Shown here: positions 1 to 11,039 of the stretch, piece after piece
How positions within the stretch are numbered: position 1 is the stretch's first letter
Layout of the letters: each line of letters opens with the position of its first letter
DNA from: Ginkgo biloba
Lineage: Eukaryota; Plantae; Ginkgophyta
Assembly (NCBI GenBank): GCA_024626585.2
Contig: JANKJI020000002.1
Location: forward strand, 73,446,119 to 73,471,785
DNA length: 25,667 nucleotides
Direction of reading: 5' to 3'
Notes under the pieces: model-generated
Told to the model about the DNA's origin: nothing
The model's input: the letters and a program-made list of their open reading frames with translations, nothing else
Database searches by the model: none
Position numbers and translations under genes: made by a program

Positions 1-325
1 TATGGATAAAACTTACATCAACAGGAAATTGGTGCTAAAGGGAGGGACCTAATAATTTTGGATATGTCAAGGCCTTTAACTAGGTCCACTTTAGACTTTG
101 GTCTATTATTATTAAAACCCTTGTAAATCCATATGGTGAGAAAGAAGCCAAAAATGATATTAAAGAAAGAGGAATGGTTTGGATTAGAAGAGGAAGAATT
201 GATTAGGCATAACGAGGGGTGGTATGTGATTGAAATTTGGAACTATGTTCTTAGGCATGGATTTTGGAGGTATTAAATAGTTGAAATCGATTTATTGTGT
301 TGTGTACAGGGTTAGGTTTAGAAAA

Positions 326-477
326 AATATTTGCATAAGGAGATTTGATGCCAAGACCATCTATGCATCCATAAAGGAGCATGGTGTCACTCATCTATAT
401 GGAGTGTTGATTATGCTTAACATGATTGCAAATGCAAATCCCTATGAGTGAATACAATTGTCTACCAGAGTGGACAC
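326..477 (+). pseudogene. Fragment of a plant acyl-activating enzyme (AAE, AMP-dependent acyl-CoA ligase family)
   Basis: Translation from 326: NICIRRFDAKTIYASIKEHGVTHLYGVLIMLNMIANANPYE*IQLSTRVD. This fits the plant AAE segment TN(I/V)CLRxFDAxxIYxxIxxHGVTHMCGAPxVLNMxxN. One stop (TGA, plausibly from CGA). Flanks are non-coding. Confidence 0.8.
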
Positions 478-503
478 AGAGAACCTATGATTGAATAAGT
501 ATT

Positions 504-688
504 TGATGATGATGAGTACATAGGAAAAACTCCTAATCTAGGGTAGGATAAATAAGGAAAGTATATATGTACACTTTTTCCCTTTAATCATAGCCCCTCA
601 TATAAATAAAGGCCATGTGACCTCTAAAAAGAAATAATCTTATAATCTCTTGTTTAGTGTGTGTACGTGTACACTTGATGGCACATCA
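504..688. mobile_element. Candidate short LTR remnant or solo LTR
   Basis: 185 bp bounded by TGATG (504-508) and CATCA (684-688), which are inverted 5-mers giving TG...CA ends. TATA-like TATAAATA at 601. It abuts the truncation point of the RT at 697. No matching TSD. Confidence 0.3.
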
Positions 689-696
689 TACCCAAG

Positions 697-1610
697 TTAT
701 TCTACCTCATCCTTGTATAAATCACATTTAAACAACATGGCATATAATTTCTTCTTCCTTAAAACATCTAAGACCATATAGAGATGCCTCTCATGATCTT
801 CCTTACTTTTTTTATATATCATAATATCATCAATCAACACAACTATAAACTTTCCCAACAAAGGCTTAAGAATATTATTCATGAATCTAATTAAAGTAGT
901 AGGAACATTACTAAGTCCGAAGGGCATTCCAAAATATTCATAATGACTATATCTCATAGTAAAAGTTGTCTTCTTAATGTCCTTAGATTTGATAATAACC
1001 ACTACTTAGATCAACCTTGGAGAATATGACTACTCCCCTCATGGTGTCTAAGATGTTATCAATCATAGGAAGATGACACTTACCCTTAATAGTGACCTTG
1101 TTAAGAATTTAATAGCCCATGCACATCCTCACAGATTCATTCTTCTTCTTATCCAATAGAAGTAGCATGGTAAATAGATATTTAAGGCCATATAAATCCT
1201 TGATCTAGTAGCTCGTATATATGTCTCTCCATCTCTTCCTTCTCAATATGGCTCAAGCGGTAAGGTAACCTATGAGTAGGCCTCGATCTTGGTTCAATAT
1301 TAGTCTAGTGGTCCACATCACTCTCCATTGGAAAAAGATTTGGTAGCTTATCAAAAAATACATCACTATACTCTACTAGAAAAGGTGTCATCTCTATAGG
1401 AACTTCCTTCTCTATTTTCTCAATTAGAGGATTTTGTACCAAGAACAACCCAAAAGTTTGGTTGTCTTATTTTTTAGCCTGCCTTTAGCTACATTGTTGA
1501 TACTAAAGGAATATTATTAGAATCCAAGTCACCATACAACTTAATATTCTTTCCCTTGTATAAATGCAAGATGTGATCTTAAGGTAAGATGTGAATGGTG
1601 TACTACCATA
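697..1610 (-). mobile_element. pol: Decayed Ty3/gypsy (chromovirus-like) pol: pre-RT linker and reverse transcriptase, 3'-truncated
   Basis: Minus-strand motifs, with stops and frameshifts: [111 protein letters not shown]. Confidence 0.93.
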
Positions 1611-1732
1611 AGCANNNNNNNNNNNNNNNNNNNNNNNNNNNNNNNNNNNNNNNNNNNNNNNNNNNNNNNNNNNNNNNNNNNNNNNNNNNNNNNNNNNNNN
1701 NNNNNNNNNNNNNNTATATGTCTTTTTCAAAA

Positions 1733-1780
<48 letters not shown>
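1733..1780 (+). repeat. Compound microsatellite (TG)12(AG)12
   Basis: Read directly: TG x12 at 1733-1756, AG x12 at 1757-1780. Confidence 0.97.
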
Positions 1781-1939
1781 CAATTTGTATATTATTTACA
1801 TAAGTTTAATTTATTTAAAGCTCATAAATATTGATCCAAAAGTAGTGGTTATGTAGAGTTGTATCAAATGTTGCATCTTCTATCTCTTCAATAGAATCAT
1901 AAGATTTAGGCTCATCAATTGTTAATCTATTCAAAGAAT

Positions 1940-2330
1940 ACATATTGATTACCTTGATTGCCATATTCAAGGGTTCTACTCCCATTGATTAGAAACATGT
2001 TATAGCTAATGAATAGATCAAGTAAATTTGTAGCTCTAGCATAACCAAAAATAATGTGCTACTTCTCACACTCTAGTTACCAATAAGGTGGTGCCACAAT
2101 AAATCAGATGAAGTGATAATCTTAGCATGACTTATGTTCAAATTCTTAGGAGATTCAAGTCTTAAAATTAAAGCCTCATATCTTGCAAAAATAGTACGAT
2201 TGAAAGTAAGAAGCTTAGCACATTAGCCACTACCTCTACTTTGGGATTTTCTTAATACCCAAGTAATAATAGGAGGATAAGTTGTATTTAAATAAAATAT
2301 AATAACTTCATAGGAAAGTATCCATGGATG
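1940..2330 (-). mobile_element. Decayed additional (archaeal-type, aRH/RVT_3-like) RNase H located 3' of the integrase
   Basis: Minus translation PWILSYE...WVLR.(NPKVEVVA)..AKLLTFNRTIFARYEALILRLESPKNLNISHAKIITSSDLLWHHLIGN*SVRSSTLF/GYARATNLLDLF. This follows the aRH pattern WxLxFDG..GxVLxxPxG..TNNxAEYEALIxGL..IxxDSxLV..GxW..Y..A..L..F. Confidence 0.72.
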
Positions 2331-2479
2331 TCCAAGGTCTCCAATCAAAGGATAATTTGGCCTAGCATTATGAATAATCTGTGAAAGGAAAAGTGATCGT
2401 AATTGAGAGACTTTGACTGGGGAGTTTGGATGAGCTACAATTACAAAACTATGAATGAAGAAACTTAGACCAACATTAA

Positions 2480-3198
2480 GGATAAAAATTTTAAGTCAAG
2501 ATCCATTCAATGGATAGGATAAGAGTATCCCATATGAATCAACTGGCCTATAGGCTTCTTTTGTGAGGGTTTTAATAATTAAGTATGTACCATGCCATTT
2601 TGACATCAATTTAACTTTATTCTATTTAACCTACTTTTGGTCAAACCAAAGGATCATTTCTTCTAGCTCAAAAACTCTAAGTTTGACATTCTAATCATAA
2701 TTATTTTTTATTTGGCATTATTTATCTACAATATTTTGTAAGGCTTCACACCTTACTTTATTTAATTATTTAATCTCAATTAAATAAGCCTCTACTCTTT
2801 CTTCTTGAGTAATGTTTCAATGTACTGCAACTAAAAGAGAAGGGATTTTGATTTCTATGGGTAAGATATATTCAACCGCATAAACTAGGGAAAAAGGCAT
2901 AAACCCCATAAAAGCTTTCTTAGTTGTTCTATAAGCCCATAAAGCAGGGTATAGTGTGGTGTCATAGTCTCTTCTCAATTTAGAGACTGTCTTTGAAGGA
3001 TCTTAACTAATATTTTATTAAGAGATTCAACCTCCCCATTTGTTTGACATTAATAAGGGTGGAATACCTATGTGTAATTCCTAATATAGAACATAGTTCA
3101 TCAATTGTGTAGTTATCAAATGATGTTCCATTGTCGGTTATTATCACTTGTAGAACACCAAATTGACAAATAATTTGATTGTCAATAAATTGGCATAC
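2480..3198 (-). mobile_element. pol: Decayed Ty3/gypsy non-chromovirus (Tat/Athila-like) integrase core and C-terminus
   Basis: QIICQFGVLQVIITDNGTSF, QTNGEVESLNKILVKIL, ALWAYRTT..PFSLVYAVEYILPIEI, KLMSKWHGTYLI (GPY/F module), PLNGS*LK. Confidence 0.92.
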
Positions 3199-3787
3199 NN
3201 NNNNNNNNNNNNNNNNNNNNNNNNNNNNNNNNNNNNNNNNNNNNNNNNNNNNNNNNNNNNNNNNNNNNNNNNNNNNNNNNNNNNNNNNNNNNNNNNNNTG
3301 AGAAATTAACCCCTACCTTACTAATTGGCATACTGGGCCTAGTGAACTTACAAGAGTCGAATTGGTGTGTTCAATCATTTATGCTTCTTACAAAATTTTA
3401 AATTGGGAAGGTACATCTCTTTATTAATCGATACATCAATCCTTCAAGATGACACTGAGACCAGCGTAAGGGATCTCTTTACAGCTATTTTTGGAAACTG
3501 TAGTCACAGTCTATGGTTGAAGAAGTCTATCTACCCCAAGCCATCACTGAAATCTTCCGAGGAATACGAAATGTATGTTCCATTGCCCTTTGATCACCAT
3601 AATCAAGAAACCCTTTCCCCAATTTCCAGATCCAACTCCATACTTCAAGCCAACACTACTGCATTTAGACCCAACAAATCTCAATCAAAAAATCTAAAGA
3701 TGAAATGAACTACAATCATGATTTACCCAGACTGCAAACTCAAATTCACCCAAACTCATAAAGCTTTAAGCTGCAACCAGACTAATA

Positions 3788-4160
3788 TCAGTTGGTCAGC
3801 ATGTCCGTGATCACATTGTCCAGGCAAAATAAATGCTTGATTATATATTGCCTAAACAGCTCGCACAATCTTCGGAATACACCAACCAACTGATTCAACT
3901 CATAACACCTTTTTCTGTTTTGGACTTGCTGAGAATGCAAAAGGTAATCTGTGCACAGAATACACCAGCTGGGNNNNNNNNNNNNNNNNNNNNNNNNNNN
4001 NNNNNNNNNNNNNNNNNNNNNNNNNNNNNNNNNNNNNNNNGACACACCCAATCCATGCCCCATTCTCTTATCATACTTTCAATTAATAAAACTGCAGCCC
4101 AAAAGAAAACCTTGTGGAATTCCTCTTCCTCCCAACTCTCGGAGTCAAGTGGAATTGGCA
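3788..4160 (-). mobile_element. Decayed RNase HI-like domain (RVT_3 type; plant L1 LINE-associated or host-like)
   Basis: GRGIPQ (cf. SRGNPG), AAVLL, GHGLGV running into a 67-N gap where TNNxAE is expected, then TDYLLHSQQVQ (cf. GDSxLVxQQV) and FRQYIIKHLF..DNVITDMLTN (cf. FxxxxIxHxxRxxNxxADxLAN). Confidence 0.6.
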
Positions 4161-5689
4161 TCATGTCAATTTAATAAATTATCTATACCTATACTATATC
4201 TGAAAAATTGAGCATGCAACCATTAATCCTTTAATTAGAATTGTTGTAAGGATGTTTGACTCGTTATCATTCTATGCAATCCTTACAATACAATGTTCAA
4301 GTATTATTGTTCAATAATATATAGGGATNNNNNNNNNNNNNNNNNNNNNNNNNNNNNNNNNTTGTTTTAATGGCAAGTTAAATGATAACTAGTTAGAGAT
4401 TCGTTGACATTGAGGAAGATGTCTCTAACTGTTTGACCAATTACTCATGTATAAATAACTTTTCATTTAATTGTATAATGTGAGAGCCGACTTAAGGATC
4501 CAGACTATGTGAGAAGTAGTTTGGATGCTGTTATAAGCATGATCACTATAATTGAACTATCTTGCCCGGATTATATTCTATTGAGTATCATTGTGTAATA
4601 ATTGATGAATGGTTGGGGAGAGCAATGTTACATTGTGGATTGCAAAATCCCACATAGACAGTTAGGATCATAGATGACAAAAGTAAGCTGATTGTGTGCA
4701 TAACTGCCAGTAGGCAGAAATAACTTAATAAGCCAACATTATTTCCATTGTCTTTGAGATTCTGTGGTCATCTATGTTCTCAATAAGGATTACAATGCGA
4801 AATTTTTTGTAATGACCCTTCTAGGGATATTAACAGAATACACAATAATTTGCACAACGGAAATATAATGCATGCAAAAATAATGCCTTGCTAGTCAAAA
4901 ATATCAAATCAGATCAAGTTCAAAAGATAGTCAAAATCACAAAACTCCAAAATGTTTAGAAGTCCTGCTTCCCCAATGACAAGGAATATTACTTCAAAAA
5001 AAATTCAATTGATGATCAAAAGAAGCAATTTCTGGCCTATTTATAGCCTAATTTGATGCGACTCGTATTAAAATGAGCCACATCTGTTGAGACTGCAACA
5101 ATTGGCCCAAGTGGCCCTTACTGCCTTAAGGTGCCGTCCTTCCATCTTGCCTGAGTGGGCTTTAATGAGATGGTCTTAGGATTCTTAGCCTAAGACAAGT
5201 GTCCCTTTATGAGTTTTGCATCACAGGTGTTGTGACATGGATTCACAACAATTTGATTAGAAGCAACCGTTACAGGCACCAGTAACAGAAATTTGTCATA
5301 CGAATTGACAGCACAGAAGCCGCTTCTAGAGATAAAGATCAAGTAATTTTGGGTAAGCAGTTTGTTCTGCAATTGATTGTATGTCAAACTTTGGGAGTAT
5401 TGCAAATACAAATATGATCGAATAAAATTGCATTGGTAATTGCCAAACCGCGGATAATAGCCAAATCATCAAGTAACTTCCATGGTATCTGCCATTGTGA
5501 TTCTTAGTAATTGCCAAGATCACAGCAATTACANNNNNNNNNNNNNNNNNNNNNNNNNNNNNNNNNNNNNAGGATTTGTGTGTTTTTTCTCTTACATTTA
5601 TTAATCCATCTAAGCATTAATTAAGTATGGTACTTTGGGTCACCCTTTAATGATTTGCTAAAAATTGTGTAGGCAGTGGATCTTTTGAT

Positions 5690-6830
5690 ACCCTCTAGAG
5701 AGAACAAATCTATTTCAATTTCTCATGAGAAGCAGTACTAGAGACAAAGTCGGATAAAAGATGTGGGAAGGCAGAATCAAAATTCTGCCACTAGTAGAAA
5801 ATCAAAATTAAAAAAGAAATCTAAGGCAGTAGTGGAGAGTGTAGCAAAGGAACACAACACTTCGCATAAGGAAGGTGCATAAGAGAAATCAATAAATTCA
5901 TGGAGTCAAATTGTTGAGTCTAGAACGTAACCAATATTGGAAGAATTGGAAATCGTGATGCATCACGATTAGTCAAAAGAAGATTCCCATGTTGTTAATA
6001 TTGAAGTAGTGAATTTCAAATAATTAGTCCCTCCTCTCCAAGAGAGGAATCATTTAGAAGTAGTGAATTTGAAGTTGAAAGTATTGCACTAGTAACATCT
6101 AGTTGCATTTACAAGATTCCATTATTTAAAGTTCTGAGTGTTGAAACAATGACATTCGATAATCCACCACAATCACTAAGAGAAATTTTGCCACTAGTAG
6201 GGAATACACCTCCATCATGACCTTCTAGAAACATTCCACTGTTGACTCAGGTTTATGTGGATATGTCATTTGGTGCAATGATTTATGATGGGACAGGGGA
6301 TCCAACAAATCATTTATCATTGTTCTTGAATATGATTAAATTCAAAATGAAGAGCAAAATCATGAAATGTTTTCTTTTCAGACCTTATGAGGAACATCAT
6401 TGGCCTATTGTATTTGTATGGCAACCATAATCAAGCCTTTGGATAGATCAACAATTTGATTTCAACATTGTGATCTCCATCTACTATTTTGAAATCCTTG
6501 TAGGAGATTTGACAAGGAAGACATAAATATGTGTAGTACATTGATTTTGAAGCCTTATCTAATGAGATATTTCTTGGATTGTTTTGCTCTAAAAGTGTGG
6601 GAGAAGATTCATCAACATCCCTTACAAATTATCATCAAGCTTAGGACTTCATGCGACAATTTGAGAAGTTGATAGATATTGATTATCCTCATGTTTATTA
6701 TCAGTGAGATATTTGTGATACCTCAAAGGTCTTCCCGAGGATATTCATTACCAAAATACAATGACATTTTTGTATGGACTAGATCTAGAGAAAGCGGATA
6801 TGAAAACCCAAGTGGATAATTTACAACTTG
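5690..6830 (+). mobile_element. gag: Decayed Ty3/gypsy gag (Retrotrans_gag capsid) with low-complexity N-terminal region
   Basis: YDGTGDPTNHLSLF (~6283-6325), FQTL*GTSLAY, LWIDQQFDF, and an MHR-like L*EI*QGRHKYV*Y, with frameshifts. The start coordinate is approximate. Confidence 0.8.
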
Positions 6831-7029
6831 NNNNNNNNNNNNNNNNNNNNNNNNNNNNNNNNNNNNNNNNNNNNNNNNNNNNNNNNNNNNNNNNNNNNNN
6901 NNNNNNNNNNNNNNNNNNNNNNNNNNNNNNTGCAAAAAGTTTTTTAAAGTGGGAAGCTAGTCATTATTGTGTTGATACTATACAATCATTAGAAGTTGTA
7001 CAGGTTCCTGACTTGTCTGTGCGATCAAT

Positions 7030-7400
7030 GAGAAGACATGATGACTTTGAACCACAAGTTTCGATGGTGATAAATGATCAGATTATCCTAGAAAAATATT
7101 TTGATGGTGGATTCAGTTTAGTAGTTCTATCAAAATGTCAATGGATAAGATCAAGGAAACCGCTTTTGTGAGACACTACCTTTAATATTAGGATGGTTGA
7201 TCAACAAAGACGTGTCCAAGTGGAGTATTGAACAATTTGGTAATTGAAGTACCCCAAGTTGCACCCTGGTAAGAATTTGCAGTAACTTGAGTCGCTGAGA
7301 ATACTTAAGCTCATCCCTACTTTGCTGGGTCGTCCTTAGCTGATGGCAAGTAGTGTTATTCAAGAATGGGGTCACTACACATTTGCATTCAAGACTCGGG
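7030..7400 (+). mobile_element. Decayed retrotransposon aspartic protease
   Basis: PQVSMVINDQ..YFDGGFSLVVLS (DxG active-site region), KPLL*DTTFNIRMVDQ, PSGVLNNLVIEV, LLGRP*L (LLGRPW motif), EWG. Confidence 0.85.
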
Positions 7401-7989
7401 CATTTCATCAGACATTGCCACTGGAGAAAATTGAGTAAGATGAAGCTTTTGCCAAAACTGTTTTTGTGCATGATGAGAGAGAAAGTCTTATTCTGTTACC
7501 ACACATCAATGTATTTAACAACCTAACAATATGGTTGAGGATGCTCCAGAGGAACCTGATGTTTATAGTGAGATTAGTGTTGGATCAGATGGAGGTTTCC
7601 ATTTAATCATCACTGGATGGAAGAACAATATGAAGTTACAGAGCAACCAAGTTTCATGGCATGCATTGAATGGGTCAATGTTCAATTTCAAGGAGACTTC
7701 AATAAAATTGAGTCAATTCCTTGATGAAAGTGATGAGGAAATAGATCAATATGCAAAGGCGTATATTGAGGAAGGTGCAATCTACAATTTTGAATGTGCA
7801 ATCCACACTTTTGAGGCTGCAATCCATCAAACTGTAGGTAGGATCCAGAAATCAGAATAGCTACAAAATAAATAAGTCTGAAATTCAACAATCTTTTGTT
7901 ATGTTATAAGCCAAAGATGTTTTAAGCACATTCATTAGCAGCATGAATTGCAACAGGTGGAGAAGCATAGTCGACTTTAGCTAATGTAG

Positions 7990-8210
7990 GATGCAGATTT
8001 ATATGTTGATATTTCAAGTGGCCCAACTAAAGCGCATGTGCAGCAATGCATGAAATGATGGATTTAATACCAAATTTAAGGTCATGATAATCAACAGCAA
8101 GCCTTTACATTGACTTTGAAGGAAGCAATATTTTGTTTGAGTGCTGTGTATAGCAATCAATTGCTAACTTAGACAAAAGCTCTTGAAGGATTTACAAGTC
8201 GTTACAATAA
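7990..8210 (+). mobile_element. Extra capsid (Retrotrans_gag)-like domain 1 within pol, downstream of the protease
   Basis: Same frame as ORF 7531-7860: DADLYVDISSGPTKAHVQQCMK*WI*YQI*GHDNQQQAFTLTLKEAIFCLSAVYSNQLLT*TKALEGFTSRY. This matches HL..F/C...FxxTLxxxA...T(W)xxLxxxFxxR(F/Y). Confidence 0.55.
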
Positions 8211-8289
8211 TGCTCATGCTATATGTGTTCCTAAATTTGTAGCAGCAAAAAAGGCTACAGGGCCAGTAGTTCAGTATCACTTTCAGAAT

Positions 8290-8436
8290 ATGTTTTGGTT
8301 GGCTGGGAGATTTGATATTATTTCAAATGTGGAGCATATTTAGAATTGCGTTATTGCATGTTAAAACCAGAACACTCCAGAACACGTATGGTTGCATCTA
8401 TTTCCTAGAACATTGATGAAGTAGCACAATGATTGA
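8290..8436 (+). mobile_element. Extra capsid-like domain 2 (N-terminal half; runs into the 923-N gap)
   Basis: Same frame: GRFDIISNVEHI*NCVIAC*NQNTPEHVWLHLFPRTL, then a one-base shift to DEVAQ. This matches FDGxxxxxEHLxxFxxxC...LFPxTLxxxAxxW. Confidence 0.6.
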
Positions 8437-9359
8437 NNNNNNNNNNNNNNNNNNNNNNNNNNNNNNNNNNNNNNNNNNNNNNNNNNNNNNNNNNNNNNNN
8501 NNNNNNNNNNNNNNNNNNNNNNNNNNNNNNNNNNNNNNNNNNNNNNNNNNNNNNNNNNNNNNNNNNNNNNNNNNNNNNNNNNNNNNNNNNNNNNNNNNNN
8601 NNNNNNNNNNNNNNNNNNNNNNNNNNNNNNNNNNNNNNNNNNNNNNNNNNNNNNNNNNNNNNNNNNNNNNNNNNNNNNNNNNNNNNNNNNNNNNNNNNNN
8701 NNNNNNNNNNNNNNNNNNNNNNNNNNNNNNNNNNNNNNNNNNNNNNNNNNNNNNNNNNNNNNNNNNNNNNNNNNNNNNNNNNNNNNNNNNNNNNNNNNNN
8801 NNNNNNNNNNNNNNNNNNNNNNNNNNNNNNNNNNNNNNNNNNNNNNNNNNNNNNNNNNNNNNNNNNNNNNNNNNNNNNNNNNNNNNNNNNNNNNNNNNNN
8901 NNNNNNNNNNNNNNNNNNNNNNNNNNNNNNNNNNNNNNNNNNNNNNNNNNNNNNNNNNNNNNNNNNNNNNNNNNNNNNNNNNNNNNNNNNNNNNNNNNNN
9001 NNNNNNNNNNNNNNNNNNNNNNNNNNNNNNNNNNNNNNNNNNNNNNNNNNNNNNNNNNNNNNNNNNNNNNNNNNNNNNNNNNNNNNNNNNNNNNNNNNNN
9101 NNNNNNNNNNNNNNNNNNNNNNNNNNNNNNNNNNNNNNNNNNNNNNNNNNNNNNNNNNNNNNNNNNNNNNNNNNNNNNNNNNNNNNNNNNNNNNNNNNNN
9201 NNNNNNNNNNNNNNNNNNNNNNNNNNNNNNNNNNNNNNNNNNNNNNNNNNNNNNNNNNNNNNNNNNNNNNNNNNNNNNNNNNNNNNNNNNNNNNNNNNNN
9301 NNNNNNNNNNNNNNNNNNNNNNNNNNNNNNNNNNNNNNNNNNNNNNNNNNNNNNNNNNN

Positions 9360-10650
9360 ACTGTGATGCATTTGCATGGAGGTACAAGTTCTGAAATTGG
9401 TGTTCATCGCATTGAACTGATGGATAGTGCTAAACCCATATGTCAACCTCCTAATGGTATAAATTTGAAATTTAAAGTTCAAGTTAAAGCCAAAATTGAT
9501 AAAATGTTGCAAGTTGCTTACATTTATCAAGTGCACAATAGCCAATGGGTTAGTTCCATTGTGGTGGTTAAAAAGAAGAATAGTAAACTTTGAATTTGTG
9601 TTGATAATCATGTCTTGAATAAAGTAACAAAGCATGATCCCTTCCCAGTTTCTTTAACTGAGGATGTGTTCAGGAAAGTGGCAAAACATGATATTTAGTC
9701 TTTTATAGATGGTTTTGGTGGTTATAATCAGCTTAGCATTGCACCTAAAAATCAGCTGTAGACTACATTTGCCCAGAACAGGGGGATGTATGCCTATCGC
9801 ATAATGCTGTTTGGACTAACAAATTCACCAGTCATATTTGAACGAGTAATGCTGAATATGTTTAAAGATTTGATTGGGATAAATGTTGAAATCTTTTTAG
9901 ATATTTGGGCATTGTATGGATTGATAAAAAAGCATTTGGACACTTTGTTGCGTCAATATGCAATGAAAGCAAGATTGCTACCAAGTCCAGATAAAGTGCA
10001 AGTAATATTTGTTTATCCAATACCTACCAATCCAAACTAGGTTAATCTCTTTTGGATTGATAAATTATCATGAATTTATCAAAGGCTTTGCCAAAATCTC
10101 TTTACCCTTGGAGGCAGTTTGGAAAAAAGTACAGTATGGCAATGGACTCGAGAGCATCATGGAGATTTTGAGTTGTTGAAGTTAAAGGTGGCAAGAACAC
10201 CTATTTTGAAGTTTCTTGATTGAGGTTAACCATCTCATGTACATGTGGATGCTTCTTCGTTTGCTCTTAGATGTTTGTTAGTACAACAGACATAGGACAA
10301 TATCGATCATCCATTGTGTTGCTAGTCATGAATTGATGCCCACAGAAAAAAGTCATAGAGGAACAGAACAAGAAGGTTTGAAGGTTTGGCTATGATATGC
10401 TTTGCAAAATTTTCGACATTATCTATTGGCCAGTCCCTTTGCCTTTTTAGCTAATTAACAATCTTTGATGTATTTGGTGAATAAGCCCTTGTTGCAAGGA
10501 TAAGTAAGCAGATGTTTGTTATTTAACGAGTTCAATTTCTATACTTGTGGTGAAACCAAAAGAGGCTCATAATGTGCCTAATCAATTGTCTCGCATTAAG
10601 AAAAGTGAGGTAACAGTGGGATGCATAGTATTTTTCTAATGCTACGTTGT
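9360..10650 (+). mobile_element. pol: Decayed non-chromovirus Ty3/gypsy reverse transcriptase and RNase H (Phygy/Selgy/Athila-like)
   Basis: RT motifs: DAFAW, HRIEL..AKPI, WVSSIVVVKKKNSKL*ICVD, SFIDGFGGYNQ, YRIMLFGLTNSP, EIFLDIWALYG (decayed FLDD); the LNxxKC..LGH segment appears deleted near 9960. RNase H motifs: HVHVDASSFAL, IDHP, FRHYLLASPF, MYLVNKP, QLSRI. Confidence 0.95.
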
Positions 10651-10667
10651 TTCACACATAATTGCAC

Positions 10668-11020
10668 TAGTCTCATGAAATGCAGAAGTTTCACTAAGGT
10701 AGAAACATGCAAAATGTGTTTCATGAAAACCTGTGAAATGTCGGTCTGAAGTGCCTACACAGCATATAGGTTGAAAGTCTAGAAAATAAATGTGCTCAAT
10801 GCTTATACTATTAGATTTTTTATTGCAGTTATCAATTTTTTTATTAAATTATCAAACTTAATACTAGATAAATATTAAGTTCTAAATGACATGGGAAATT
10901 TTAGGCTTTAGATTTCAAAAGCAATAAATTCCAAAGTCCAACAAAAAACTAAACATTTCACTAAGAACAAAACCACAAGAAATAGGAAAAAAATGCTGCA
11001 AATAGGTTTCGAAGCTACTA
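10668..11020. mobile_element. About 350-bp non-coding insertion in pol; candidate MITE or non-autonomous DNA transposon
   Basis: AT-rich stretch interrupting pol between PNATLF-like and MDTKEYL segments. Degenerate inverted ends: TAGTCTCATGAAAT versus the reverse complement TAGTAGCTTCGAAAC. GAAAC/GTTTC-like motifs cluster near both ends. Confidence 0.45.
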
Positions 11021-11039
11021 TAGTTTTGTGTGGAAGCAT

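Noticed and set aside
3367-3708. 113-aa plus-strand ORF
   Set aside because: No recognisable motif, and the coding signals in this contig are on the minus strand.
7151-7471. 106-aa minus-strand ORF (also 7688-7891)
   Set aside because: Antisense shadow of the plus-strand protease and linker.
8361-9635. Long ORFs of 321-424 aa in the ORF track
   Set aside because: They are artefacts of translating through the 923-N gap. The same applies to the other X-containing ORFs.
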